Positions 13,489-26,639 of a DNA stretch of 64,000 nt are shown here, one piece after another (position 1 is the first letter of the stretch; each line of letters starts with the position of its first letter). The notes beneath the pieces are model-generated. The model saw only the letters and a list, made by a program, of their open reading frames with translations, did no database searches and had not been told where the DNA came from. The DNA lies in contig CM059432.1 in the NCBI GenBank assembly GCA_030390025.1, positions 55,554,001 to 55,618,000 of the forward strand. The letters run 5' to 3'. The stretch is from Squalus acanthias. Its lineage: Eukaryota. The translations under genes were made by a program, and so were the position numbers.

Positions 13489-14619
13489 ATTTTATTTTAT
13501 TTTTTATTATTAATAGTTTTGAGAATGCATGCAGTGAAATTCAATTTTGGAATTAACTTTTGTTGTTTCACTAACATTGTACTTTACCACTGTAACCAAA
13601 CCATGCCATCCTGCTGAGTTCCAGGACTCAGTACTTTTCTAAAGCATTTTTAATGCCCATTAATAACAGCTGTCTCCAGCAATTTAGTAATTTCTACATA
13701 ATGCACCAACATTGTCCAATTACACTCTTCCTCCTTTATTTGGTGAAAGAATAAACACCTTACTGAACCAAATGTTGGGAATAACAAGTCTTCATTCAAA
13801 AGTAACACAGGTCAGAATCCTAGCCTCTGCTGACATTCGCACACAAACTACAACCATCAAACATTCAGCTCAGTTACATCAGGGCCAGCAGCAAATAGAT
13901 TTTTTCTTTTCTCAAGCATATAAATTGGATGCTCAATTCAGAAAAAAGAGAAGCACAAGTTGTGACAAATATTTTTACAAGCCCAAGCCTTTTGAAAATG
14001 AACACCGAGTTCACTGCATTTACTCCCCTAAGACACATGTACCAATTACAGCTGAAGGAGAGCTAGTAAACAACCTGTTCCCAGTCTCAGTCTATCTTCA
14101 GCCAGCTATTTGGAGGAGGATACAAACTGTGATTTTACCTTCTCTTTCTAATGACCATGAGTGGAAGATCATAGAGTACAGAACTTAAATTTTAAGCTTA
14201 CATCTTCCAGTCCCATGGCTCAGTGAGATGGAATATTAGAGCACTGCGCCACTTTGTCATAGAGCTGAGACATTTGATTCCTATTGCAGATGAAGACTGC
14301 CAAATACTCAGATCAAAAACTTCAGTTACACTGATATGTAGATCAATGCCAATAAAGATTACTCAAGTATTAGCAAAATAATCTAAGGTGTCTTGTTCAT
14401 AATCACCCAAATAGGGTACTATGTTGATTGTCTATTATGAAGTAGCAACGCCCAATATTGGACAGATGCCAACAAAGTTGAAGTCACTTATTGCTTAGAT
14501 TCAATGAGTGAAGGTGGAGAAATCCTTTTGGAGCTGTTCCAAGATTGAAGTTGCACAGTTCCCAATTAAATATTGAAAACACAGCCACTACAATGAAAAA
14601 CTTTTAAGAGTTTAACACA

Positions 14620-17600
14620 TTTTTTATTCGTTCATGGGATGTGGGCATCGCTGGCAAGGCCAGCATTTATTGCCCATCCCTAATTGCCCTTGAGAAGATG
14701 GTGGTGAGCCATCTTCTTGAACCGCTGCAGTCCGTGAATTGAAGATACTCCCGTAGCACTGTTAGGGAGGGAGTTCCAGGATTTTGACCCAGCGACGATG
14801 AAGGAACGGCGATATACTTCCAAGTCAGGATGGTGTGTGACTTGGAGGGGAACTTGGAGGTGATGGTGTTCCCATCCGCCTGCTGCCCTTCTCCTTTTAG
14901 GTGCCCTCCTGAGCATCCCTGATTATAATCGCTCAACCATTGGTGGCCATGCCTTCTGTTGCCTAGGTCCTAAGCTCTGGAATTCCCTGCCTAAATCTGC
15001 CCACCTCACTACCTTTCTTTCTTCCTTTAAGATGCTCCTTAAAACCTACCTCTTTGACCAAGCTTTTGGTCACCTGCCTTAATTTCTCCTTATGTGGCTC
15101 GGTATCAAATTTTTTGTCTTATAATACTCCTGTGCAGTGCAATGGGACGTTTTACTACATTAAAGGTGCTATATAAATACAAGTTGTTTGTTGTTGTTGT
15201 TATAGGTCGCGGGTTTGGGAGGTGCTGTCGAAGAAGCCTTGGCGAGTTGCTGCAGTACATCTTGTAGACGGTGCACACTGCAGTCATGGTGCGCCGGTGG
15301 TGGAGGGAGTGAATGTTTCGATGGGGTGCCAATCAAGCAGGCTGCTTTGTCCTGGATGGTGTCGAGCTTCTTGAGTGTTGTTGGAGCTGCACTCATCCAG
15401 GCAAGTGGAGAGTATTCCATCACACTCCTGACTTGTGCCTGGTTTTGACCCAGCGACGATGAAGGACTTGTGACTTGTAGATGGTAGAAAGGCTTTGGGG
15501 TGTCAGGAGGTGAGACGCTCACCGCAAAATACCCAGCCACAGTACGCCGGTGATGCAGGGAGTGAATGTTTAAGGTGGTCGATGGGGTGCCAATCAAGCG
15601 GGCTGCTTTGTCCTGGATGGTGTCGAGCTTCTTGAGTGTTGTTGGAGCTGCACGCATCCAGGCAAGTTGAGAGTATTCCATCACACTCCTTACTTGTGCC
15701 TTGTAGATGGTGGAAAGGCTTTGGAGAGTCAGGAGGTGAGTCACTCGCCGCAGAATACATAGCCTCTGACCTGCTCTTGTAGCCACAGTATTTATGTGGC
15801 TGGTCCAGTTAAGTTTCTGGTCAATGGTGACCCCCCCAGGATATTGATGGTGGGGGATTCGGCGATGGTAATGCTGTTGAATGTCAAGGGGCAGTGGTTA
15901 GACTCTCACTTGTTGGAGATAGTCATTGCCTGCGCTTGTGTGGTGCGAATGTTACTTGCCACCTATCAGCCCAAGCATGAATGTCGTCCAGGTCTTGCTG
16001 CATGCGGGCATGGACTGCTTCATTACCTGAGGAGTTGCGAATGGAGCTGAACACTGTGCAGCCATCAGCGAACATCCCCACTTCTGACCTTATGATGGAG
16101 GGAAAGTCATTGATGAAGCACCTGAAGATGGTTGGGCCTTGGACACTGCCCTGAGGAACTCCAAGCGATGGCCTGGGGCTGAGATGATTGACCTCCAACA
16201 ACCACAACCATCTTCCTTCGTGCTAGGTATGACTCCAACCAGTGGAGCGTTTTCCCCCCCGATTCCCATTGACTTCAGTTTTACTAGGGCTCCTTGATGC
16301 CACACTCGGTCAAATGCTGCCTTGATGTCAAGGGCAGTCACTCTCACCTCACCTCTGGAATTCAGCTCTTTTGTCCATGTTTGGATCAAGGCTGTAATGA
16401 GGTCTGGAGCCGAGTGGTCCTGGTGGAACCCTAAACTGAGCATCGGTGAGCAGCTAATTGGTGAATAAGTGCTGTTTGATAGCACTATCGACGACACCTT
16501 CCATCACTTTGCTCACAATTGAGAGAAGACTGATGGTGCGGTAATTGGCCGGGTTTGATTCGTCCTGCTTTTTGTGGACAGGACATACCTGGGCAGTTTT
16601 CCACATTGTCAGGTAGATGCCAGTGCTGTAGCTGTACTGGAACAGCTTGGCTAGAGTTGCGGCTAGTTCTGGAGCACAAGTCTTCAGCACGCCAGCCGGG
16701 ATGTTGTCGGGGCCCACAGCCTTTGCTGTATCTAGTGCGCTCAGCCATTTCTTGATATCACGTGGAATGAATCGGATTGGCTGAAGACTGGTTTTTGAGA
16801 TGGTGGGGACCTCAGGAGGAGGCCGAGATGGATCATCCACTCGGCACTTCTGGCTGAAGATGGTTGCAAACGCATCAGTCTTGTCTTTTGCATTCGTGTG
16901 CTGGGCTCCGCCATCATTGAGGATGGGGATATTCATGGAACCTCCTCCTTCCATTAGTTGCTTAATTGGCCACCACCATTCATGACTGAATGTGGCAGGA
17001 CTGCAGAGCATTGATCTGATCCTTTGGTTGTGGGATCGCTTAGCCCTGTCTATAGCATGCTGCTTCCGCTTTTTAGTATGCATGTAGTCTGTGTTGCAGC
17101 TTCCCCAGGTTGGCACCTCATTTTTAGGTATGCCTGCTGCTGCTCCTGGTATGCTCTTCTGCACTCCTCATTGAACCAGGGTTGGTCCCCTGGCTTGATG
17201 GTAATGGTAGAGTGAGGGATATGCCCGGCCATGAGGTTACAGATTGTGGTGGAATACAATTCTGCTGCTGCTGATGGCCCACAGCACCTCATGGATGGCC
17301 AGTTTTGAGCTGCTAGATCTGTTCTAAATCTATCCCATTTAGTACGGTGGTAGTGCCACACAACACGATGGAGGGTGTCCTCAGTGTGAAGACGGGACTT
17401 CGTCTCCACAAGGACTGTGCAGTGGGCACTCCTAAAAGTACTGTCATGGACTGATGCATCTACAACAGGTAGATTGGTGAGGACGAGGTCAAGTAGGTTT
17501 TTCCCTCGTGTTGGTTCTCTCACCACCTGCCGCAGGCCCAGTCTCACAGCTATGTCCTTCAGGACTCGGCCAGCTCGGTCAGTAGTGGTGCTACCGAGCC

Positions 17601-18365
17601 ACTCTTGGTGATGGACATTGAAGTCAGCAGGAGGTTTCCTTTCCCATGCTTGACCTGCAGCCATGAGACTTCATGGGGTCCAGAGTCAATGTTGATGACT
17701 CCCAGCGCCACTCCCTCCCAACTGTATACCACTGTGCCGCTACTTCTGGTGGGTCTGTCCTGCCGGTGGGACAGGACATACCCAGGGATGATGATGGAGG
17801 AATCTGGGACACAGGCTGAAAGGTATGATTCTGTGAGTATAACTATGTCAGGCTGTTGCTTGACTAGTCTGTGGGACAGCTCTCCCAATTTTGGCGCAAG
17901 TCCCCAGATGTTAGTGAGGAGGACTTTGCAGGGTCGACTGGGTTGGGTGTGCCGTTGTCGTGTCCAAAGCTGGTGCCTAGGTCGATGCCGGGTGGTCCGT
18001 CCAGTTTTATTCTTATTATTGTTTTTCGTAGCGGTTTTTGTACAACTGAGTGGCTTGCTAGGCCATTTCAGTGGGCAGTTAAGAGTCAACCATATTGCTG
18101 TGGGTCTGGACTCACATATAGGCCAGACCAGGTAAGGACAGCAGATTTCCTTCCCTAAAGGGATATTAGTGAACCAGATGGATTTTTACGACAATCTGAT
18201 AGTTTGATGGTCACCATTATTGATACTAGCTTTTTATTCCAGATTTATTTAATTAACTGAATTTAAATTCCCCAGCTGCCATGGTGAAATCTGAACTCAC
18301 ATCTTTGGATCATTAGTCCAGGCCTCTAGATTACTAGTCCAGTAACATAACCACTCTGCTACTGC
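14620..18365 (-). mobile_element. Near full-length Zenon-like LINE with tRNA-like 5' head, frameshifted
   Basis: APE fragments (NIWGL..KLGEL, DIVILTESYL, DFNVHHQEWLGS) and RT fragments through the shared 3' tail. The 5' end carries an A box (tagcagagtgg) and an anticodon-like arm. Confidence 0.9.
14903..15203 (+). mobile_element. L2 LINE 3' fragment inserted in the Zenon-like LINE
   Basis: Matches the L2 3' end at 63780-64000 and ends in tatataaatacaagttg(ttg)n; interrupts host sequence taggtg|...|aggtcgcggg. Confidence 0.8.
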
Positions 18366-20631
18366 ACTATCACACAGGCACAACTGCTGACAAAATTATG
18401 GAAGGAACATCAACGGCCTACCCATAGGCATGGCTCAACCACATGTATTCACTCAATGTGCTCAAGCTAATTGTGATTTTTGACAAGAAATTTGGACAAA
18501 ACTATCTGTTTCAGTAGTTCTCGGAACTATTTTGGGCTGGGATCCGACAAAAATAATCTCAGCTTCTTATGCCCAAATAGCTAAGCTGGGGTAAATCTTC
18601 AAAAAATGTTTCCATCCTCCCTTCTGTTTTTCACTTCTGTTTCTCTTTTCTCTTCACAATTTTGAACTGCCTAATATCCTCCTGAAAATTGTATCTTGAT
18701 CTCCTCCTTCAGTTCTGTTTTTCTCTTTTTCCCCACACTTCTATGTTTTTCTCTCTCTCCTCCACTTTGGTTTCACACTATCTACCACACTCTTGTCTCT
18801 CTCTTCTCCACTTTGGTTTTTCACTATCCTCATTTAGGTCTTTGTTTCCAACTCACTTTGGTTTCTGTCACCTAATTCACTTTGGACTCTGTCCCTCTCT
18901 CGCCTTTCTTCTCTGCCTCTGTACTTTTCCTTTCCCTCTTGAACAATTTTCTTTTCACTTTACTTCCCACAGCACTGGAGTTGCCATATGGGAAGCACCA
19001 TGAGAAAAATGAGGGAATCAGAAGGGTCTTTGAATGTCAGGGAGCAAGACTTTTATTTTAAAAAGCAGAAGGAGTGGAGATGCTAAAGAAAAGCATGAGT
19101 GATGCAGACATAAAAACCAAGAAGAAAGGGAAGGAGAGACTTCAAAGGAAAAGCCGCAGGAGTGGGAGACTTAAGAAAAAAGTACCAAAGGGATTCCTGA
19201 AAAAAGCACAGGAGAGAAACAAGCCAGCGCCTGTGAAATGGTGGTTGGGACTGCCCTACTCATCCCAGGTGGCAGCAATACCAGTGCACCATTCACATAA
19301 CATTGGCAGTTTTACAGAAGGTCAACACAGGGAACACTGGAAAAATATCCAGATGTTTGACTTGATTGTAAGTGCCAAAGTGGGAAATGAGAATGAATGT
19401 GAATAAATAAATTCCCATATGTATTGACGTTGTCATATATGTAGCCACTGATGACAATCAAAGTAAGTTACAGATGTCACACCAGTTTGCTTGAGTACCA
19501 TAGTATATGTAACCCAAAGTGACCTAGTATCCTGCTGTAAATGCAAGACAAAGAGAACTAAGAGGTGGGTCAGAAAAGGACTTAGAATGATGCAGCTGGG
19601 AAAAAGTGATGATGGGCTACCATTATTCACACATATAACTGGCAATTACAGTGCATTCAATCAGTTCTCAAACATTTTCACAAGCAAGATGCGTTACATT
19701 TAGGCAAGCTATGCTTAAGGCGATAAAACTATGTGGCCGCCTAAAATACACAGCACAAAATATTCACTCAGTGTATATTTACTTTCTCCTTAAAGAAAAG
19801 AAGCTGCTTTCAACAGAAGGCAGAAAGCACAGATCAGTGGAGGGATTCAGCAAGCCAAACCTCTCACTCCCTTCAAAGATGTTATCACGAAGCTCATTAG
19901 GTAGGAAGCTGTACAGAAAGTGGGCGACACGCAGAGGAATACACTCCAGGTTTGTATAATTATTATGGCATGTGTTTCAGCAGGTGTAAAGCAGTGACTG
20001 CGTTACACTGCAAAATATGCCATGTACTGCACAGCAACAAGAGCATTCCAGACAATGCACTCTGCATCATGAGCCCTTTCTTCTTCGTTTTAAAGACATG
20101 CCACAATCCCAGGAGCAGCAAGATGAGCCATCTCAGCAAAAGCACTCAGTCGCATCAAGCACACACCAAACCAGAGACACACACTCTGCAGACATTTACT
20201 AATTTAGAAGTTATGAGTCAATTTTCACAGGTATGAAAGGAGCCGAGGTGGTGGCTAAAAATGGGGCTGGCGATTGTTCAGGAGATGCATATTATGACAC
20301 AGACCCAGCTGAATTAATTCATGGAGCCAGCTATGCAATCAAGGATATTTCAAGAACACAAATAAGAGTACAATGCAAACAGCTGGTATACAGCTAAGGG
20401 ATGTTGTGCCACAAGTTTCTCTGCTCTACAGACTACAACTATGCAGCATCAGTGGTATCTGCAGAGGAGATCTCGGGCACACTGGCAATAAGCACAGTTG
20501 CAGCACCTCTTATGAATGGTCCCACTATTGCTGTGGAGATGCTGAGGTCCATACTCCATGACGCAATAACGGTGGGTTTCAACGCACTTGGAGACAGATT
20601 CCAAACAATGCTGCCTCTAATTTTTTTTCAG

Positions 20632-20770
20632 TGTGCAATCCCTTTAAATTTACTGCAAGGCCACGCATGAGTGGTATCTTTTCCAGTGGCAGCAGCTGGT
20701 AGGCGGCCTGCACGGGACCTCCCAATTGGTGCGCGGCCACGCACCCGCACACCTTAAGGGGAACATTGAT
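20632..20770. mobile_element. Short MITE (about 130 bp, possibly hAT-type), copy 1
   Basis: Homologous to 30047-30162 (atccctttaaattt...ttccag(t/c)gg...gggacctc...ggggaacattg). Confidence 0.5.
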
Positions 20771-20779
20771 TCCAAAGAA

Positions 20780-21230
20780 CCGTAAGTGAGTGATTGAGAA
20801 CTCATGACAGTGCAATGTTCTGTGCGCAAGCAGAGCTGTGTTTAATGTAGTCACTCAAACTCCAGTGGGGCCACTTGGCTGGAAGCACAAGAGCAAGCAG
20901 ATAGCTCTGATGTTGCCCCCAATCTTTCCTTGCGGATGCCTCTGGACAAATGAGAGGAGATGCCTGCAAAAAAGTCGTGGAAAAGAACAGACTATTCTTG
21001 ACAAGCAAGTAGGATCATCCAGGTCTGGCACATGTTTCTGCTAGCTCCTTGTTATGCTCTTCATTCTGTAACATGACTTACTGCTGTTCATCTTACACAA
21101 TGTTACACAGGTGCTTCAATATTATTGTCACATGAGTGCAATCGATGACACCCTGTATCCTGGGAATAGCACAACTTTCGAAAAATCCTGTCAGCTTCTC
21201 CTGTTGCTGCTTCACGTTCCGCTTTTTAAA
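20780..21230 (-). pseudogene. Highly decayed Harbinger transposase fragment
   Basis: Motif IPRIQGVIDCTHV in ORF 21093-21398 matches the first DDE aspartate motif seen at 45040-45423. Confidence 0.55.
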
Positions 21231-21543
21231 AAATCTCCATTTTACATGTAAATGAAATACTGCAATTAGCCACATATATATTCTAACTTTTGGTTCTTCA
21301 AGTAAGTGTCTTGGCACTACTTCATAGATGTTTGAGTCTAGAAAATGGTCTTGATAGTGCAGTACAAACATCAACTTTGTTATAATGTTTCTATTCAAGT
21401 TTTAAAAGAGATTAGATGCATTTCCATGATACAAAGGATAAATCTAGGGAGGTTAGTCTACTTTTTAATCAGAACCAAGTCATCAGATATAATTCAGCTA
21501 GATCTGAATGCAAGGAATTTTTATAGTCTCTGACATAATCATA

Positions 21544-22409
21544 GGCCGGAATTTTGCCGGTGCTCAGGGGGCGGGTTTGGAGGCGGGACCTCCAGCAAAA
21601 TCGCAAAGATTGACAGCGGGCAGGAAACCCGCTGTCAACCCGCCTCCAATCAATCTTCCCAAGTGTCGGGTCCCCGATTTGCACATGGACCCGACACCTA
21701 GTGGCGGGAAGAGGATTATAACCACTTAACTGCCTGTTAAAGGTTGTTAACAGGCTCTTTTGCAATTTTGACACTTCTACTTCGGGCTTCCTGACGTCCG
21801 GACACCACGCCAGGTAAGTGTGGCGTGTTGTGAGTCTGCTGTAATGTTTCTGCATTGATGACAGCTGCAGAAGTGGTGTGAAGGATTCAATGGTGCACTG
21901 GTGAGTTTCAGAGGTAAGAAAATGTTGGGAAATTCATTTTTAATGCATTTAGACTTTTCTGTAGGTAACAAGTTTTGAATTGTATGTCTAGTCCCACCTC
22001 ATTGGGAGAACCTCTCTCACCAGTGACAGATCGCTTCTGTAACCTCACCTGCAGCTGCCATCTGTTCTAGCCTAAGGAGGGAGTCACTGGAGAGCCTGGG
22101 TACAAGAGCTCACCTTTGTACAGTGATTGTCAGTGTTTGCAGCACCTCAATGCTGTCAAACACTGAGAAATCAGCAGTCAAAAGAAAATTGCGCGTGGTC
22201 CCTTTAAGAAAACCGGCAGATGATGCGTCATCAAATGACGTCTTCTGACCGGTTTCATCATAATTGGTCGGCAAGCCCGCTATGCGGGCTTAACAAGGTC
22301 AATTGACGTAAAAATCACGTCTATGGGCCGGATGTAGTTGGGGGCAGGACTGGAACCCAGAAGCCACCTGAACCGCTCCTAAGCCGCATCGATCGAGAAA
22401 ATCGCGCCC
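21544..22409. mobile_element. Harbinger-type non-autonomous element
   Basis: Imperfect TIRs ggccggaatttt / aaaatcgcgccc with ATA flanks. Subterminal ggcggg/cccgcc motifs resemble those of the 43721-46295 Harbinger. Confidence 0.6.
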
Positions 22410-22411
22410 AT

Positions 22412-22895
22412 AGAGTCATAACAGCACAGAAGGATGCCATTTGGCCCATCGAGTCCGTGCCGGCTCTCTGCAGAGCAATCGAGTCAGTCTCATTCCCCCG
22501 CTCTATCCCCGTAGCCCTGCAAGTTTATTTCCCTCAAGTGCCTATCCAGTCTCCCCTTGAAAACATGAGTGTTTCTGCTTTCACCACTTCCGTCGGCAGC
22601 AAGTTCCAGGTCCTCACCACTCGCTGCATAAAAAAGTTTTTCCTCACATCTCCCCTGTATCTCTTACCCAAAACCTTAAATCTGTGTCCCCCAGTCCTTG
22701 TACCATCAACTAGTGGGAACAGCGTTTCCCCATCTAGCCTATCCAACCCCGTCATAATCTTCTACACCTCTATCAATCACCCCTCAACCTCCTTTGCTCT
22801 AATGAAAACAAATCCAGCTTCTCCAACCTGTCCTTGTAGCTAAGAATTCCCCATCCCCAGAATCATTCTGGTAAATCTCCTCTGCACCCTCTCAA
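22412..22895 (-). mobile_element. CR1 3' fragment
   Basis: GLDRLDGETLFPL..TRTGGH.FKV...RKNFFMQRVV..WN.LP is the CR1 ORF2 C-terminus. Confidence 0.85.
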
Positions 22896-24204
22896 GAGTA
22901 AAATTTGGTCAGAGTGTCTATTGACACCATTGTGTCAGCCAATGAATTGGAGGGTGGGACTTATAGCAGGACTCACAGCAAACAGTCTACTTTACAGCAA
23001 ACAAAGTCTATTTACTCAGCAAACAGAAAAGCAAACAATATTTATTTAAACAGCGCACGGTCTAGAGTATATTTAAAGAGAGTCTCTACAAACAACAGCA
23101 AACAGAACATCTCCCGATAAAAGCAGGATGATTTCTCCAGCAAAATGCAGTGAGTGGAGGATAGCTACATACAAATTATATACGTAAAATCAATCCCAGT
23201 CACTTACAGCAATGCGGTCTCCAGGCGTGACTGACAGGGGAATTACCCAATCATCTCCATTCTGGCCGGGAATCGTGGTGTCACTATAGGCAGTCAAGTT
23301 TGGCGAAGGGTTAGAACCATGCTTTCCTCAGCCAAAGCAAGAATTAATCTGAGACTTTCCCTGTTGGCCTCTCAAATCACCTTGGGAATCAAGAAAACTG
23401 CAAGAAACTTCCAGTAGAATAGTTGGACTTGTCTATGAGCAGTGGGACCCAGTCTCTCAGAGCAGAACTGGTACAATATGTTTTGAACCAAGGTAAACAG
23501 GTCAACTTCAGATGTTCTCCATTTCTCAAAGATCATGGAGACAACTCTGTTTTGAAGGGACCACTCGTTATACGATATTGCTGCTGAAATATGGCAAACT
23601 CTCAGATACTGTGTTTCTTACACCAGTGTCCCTTTCCTAAGGTATCCACGCATATGCTTCTGGAATGCATAACCAAAAGGTGCTTCATGGCACACTTACT
23701 AGAATGTTATCTATCATAGTTTCCCTGGCAACGTCGCTATACAGTTGAGGCAGCATTTGATCTGTTTCTATGGAATTCTGAACCAGCTGCTATGAAGTAT
23801 GTGACAGCAAACCAGTGATGCTTCTCCCTAATTGGGCCTTTGGGATGCACATGGCCTCCACCTGCCACCTCCTCATAGTGGCACAACTAAAATTAGGAAT
23901 TTAGCAGTGTGGGGCATCATGGACCATCACCCATGCACCACCACATTGTAGCACCATCCATTAGCGCAAAGCACATATGAGTCAATTCACACTACTGTCT
24001 CAAGGATTACATGTTTGAGCGATTACTGCACCAGCAGGTGGAGCATTAGAGGTCTCATGAACTGCTTCATGATTGGCATTCTGGAAAAGGCACCCCTCAT
24101 CAGTATCAACACTCATACATAACCCTTGAGCTGAGACCCTGCTGCTAGGTGTAAATCTAGGTCACTGATAGTTACTGCATTTCAGAAGACAAAGCTATAC
24201 GCAC

Positions 24205-24411
24205 CATCTGTAGTGCAGGATCCCTCTGGAGCATGTTTCTGCATGTACGCAATAGGTGGGCTGTTTGACTCAGACATTTCCTCTTCTTCCTCCTCCTCTT
24301 CATTATCCAATCCGTTACCAACTTGCATAGCTGGGAATCCAGAAGAGCTACTCTGTGTGTAACGATGGACTTCAATTTCTTTATCAAGTTCCTCTATCTT
24401 TGGTTTGACAT
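24205..24411 (-). CDS. GREB1L: GREB1-like protein, coding exon 2 (207 nt, phase 1-1)
   Basis: aaacag|ATGTC...GATG|gtgcgt. Translation [70 protein letters not shown] resembles GREB1L DVKPKVEDLDK...MSDSNSPPIPY...PEGSCTTDG. Confidence 0.93.
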
Positions 24412-24515
24412 CTGTTTCAAGAACAAATTTCAGGCATTATTTCAAACCAGCTCACATCTGCATCGCTTACATGACAGAAGGCTAGGGACATAATTAATGA
24501 GGACAAAAACATATA

Positions 24516-25208
24516 GGCCCCAATATTTACAGGGAGGCGGGGGTTGTGGCGGTTGGGAAACCTGGGAATGCAGGTAATATGGTGGTCCTGCTGAATTTCA
24601 CGGCAGGACCTCGTTTGAATTTTTTTTCTCCGTTTCCCATCTGGCAGCCAGCTGGCTGGCTATCAAGCGGGAAGGCCTGAGCTGGAAGGCCACAGCCAGG
24701 GAGCAGAGAGGAGGGAGAGGTCGCTTGGGGGTGGGGGGGGGGGGGGGGGGGGTGGTGGTGGTGGTGGAGGGGGAGAGATTGCGAGGGGAGGGAGATCACA
24801 GGTCAGCCTGGAGATCGGGGGGGGGGCTACAGATCGCGGGTCGGAAATCGCTGCAGGTTAGCTTGTTAGTCTGGGGGAAACACTCCTGCTCCTCCTAGCT
24901 CACAAGCAGTGCTGGAGAAGCATTTAACTGCTGGAGCCAGCCTTTCTCGCCTCCCTTCAGCTGCTGGGCTCTGGGAAACCCGGCTTGCGGTCGTTAAATG
25001 TAAAAGTTTTTTTAAATCTGAGGCATGCAGCCTCATTAACATATTTAAATTGCTGATCCGCCTCTCGAGAGTAGGTTACTCGCCCATTCCACCAACCCAC
25101 CTCCGTTAAAACCAGAAGTGTGCACGTTTGTGGCGGGCTGGGGTTGGGTTTCTGATTATTCAGAATCTAACCCCTCCCTCGCCCCTCCTGGGGGGTTAAA
25201 GTTGTTTC
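24516..25208. mobile_element. Harbinger-type non-autonomous element, same family as 331-1746 (inverted)
   Basis: Shared blocks such as cacttc(c/t)(a/g)gttttaa(t/c)ggaggtggg and aatgaggct; G-rich centre without the large expansion. Confidence 0.6.
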
Positions 25209-25532
25209 TAACAATGTTATATGACAGCTTGAAATATACACGGAGTTTTCATAACCCTTGTAAACTACAGCGCAACTAAACTTGGTAACTCGATTGGTCA
25301 TTACAATTTTAAGAATGGTTTCACGCATTTGCAACTGGAAAATCACACCAACATAAAGTAAGATTAAAATACCTCCAAACAATAGAAAATATTAAATATG
25401 CTGACAATATGTTTCAACCTTTACCAATTCGTGCAAACTCTTGTTGCAAGTTATACTTCATCTGGGTGTTTGTCCTTTTTTAAATGTTTTTTTCTTCTTG
25501 TGCCAATGTTCTCTCTTCCTCTTCTCATGAAG

Positions 25533-25755
25533 TGGTCATGATGCGGAGATGCCGGTGTTGGACTGGGGTGGACAAAAATGAGAAGTCGCACAACACCAGG
25601 TTATAGTCCAACAGTTTTATTTAAAATTACGAGCTTTCAGAGCTGCTGCCCCTTCGTCAGGTAGAGGTACTACCTGACGAAGGGGCAGCAGCTCCGAAAG
25701 CTCGTAATTTTAAATAAAACTGTTGGACTATAGCCTGGTGTTGTGCGACTTCTCA
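25533..25755. mobile_element. Penelope-like element remnant: inverted pseudo-LTR pair with tail
   Basis: 87-bp inverted arms 25578-25664 / 25670-25756 (2 mismatches). One-sided extension caccccagtccaacaccggcatctccgcatcat on the minus strand. 13-bp direct repeat tcttctcatgaag at 25520-25532 and 25756-25768. Confidence 0.8.
25671..25706 (+). ncRNA. Minimal type I hammerhead ribozyme motif (mirror copy on minus strand at 25628-25663)
   Basis: UAC-CUGACGA-A-GGGGC(AGCA)GCUCC-GAA-AGCU-C-GUA: core boxes, stem II, palindromic stem III and 3-bp stem I. Confidence 0.7.
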
Positions 25756-26639
25756 TCTTCTCATGAAGGCATTGACTCCTTGTCGTGGTATGGACCCACA
25801 GGTACCAGTCTCCCTTTATATCTCACCTAATTATCTATTTTTAATGCAAGGGCATTATATACAGCAATTGTCAACAGGCTATTCGACTGACGGAGGAAAC
25901 TGAGTTGAATCCCATCATGCATTTACAACTGGGGTCATTGAATAGTTGTCAAGAACATCGTATGCTGGCTGATGTTCCCCTCACTGATGAAGGGTAACTG
26001 GGACTAAACGTGGCACCCTGACCACTGCTCCAGCTGTGATCAGGTAACTCAGCACAAGTTGAACACGAGATCTTCCTGGTTCAATTCCCTCAGCTACTCA
26101 CTGCCTTAAACAGCTGGGTCATTGGGCGAGTCCCCTGATATAGTGACTTATACACCACTGTGCCCACAATACCAGATTTGAAAGTTTGCATTGGTAAGAA
26201 ATTATTTTAAGTAGGTCTTTATGTCATGAAAATTGATTGCTACTGGCAACGTCATCGAGTTACATCAAGAAAATTGAAATGCAACCTCCTCACACAAAGT
26301 CAGATATAAATATTAATTTTGGAAGGGAGCTTATATTCATTTTTTAATAATTTAATATCTTTTAACACATATAAAATCTCAATCTTAATACATGAAACTA
26401 GATATTATAGGTGAGATTTCCCTGGGTCTGCACCCAGCTGCACTGGATCACCTGGGGGCAGCGGATATTGAAAAATCAGACGGATAAGAGTGCTCAACCA
26501 TCAAGGAACTCGCCTGATTTTCCTTGCTTTTAAATTAATATATAAGCACTGTCATATCTAATCTCTGGAGGTGAATTCAAAGCTTCAACATTATCTCAAG
26601 TTTAATTAAAGTGTCAGATTAGCAAAGTTAGTAATAATG

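Noticed and set aside
18280..18365. Functional tRNA-Thr gene
   Set aside because: The variable region is expanded, there is no clear acceptor stem or terminator, and it is fused to a LINE in two copies.
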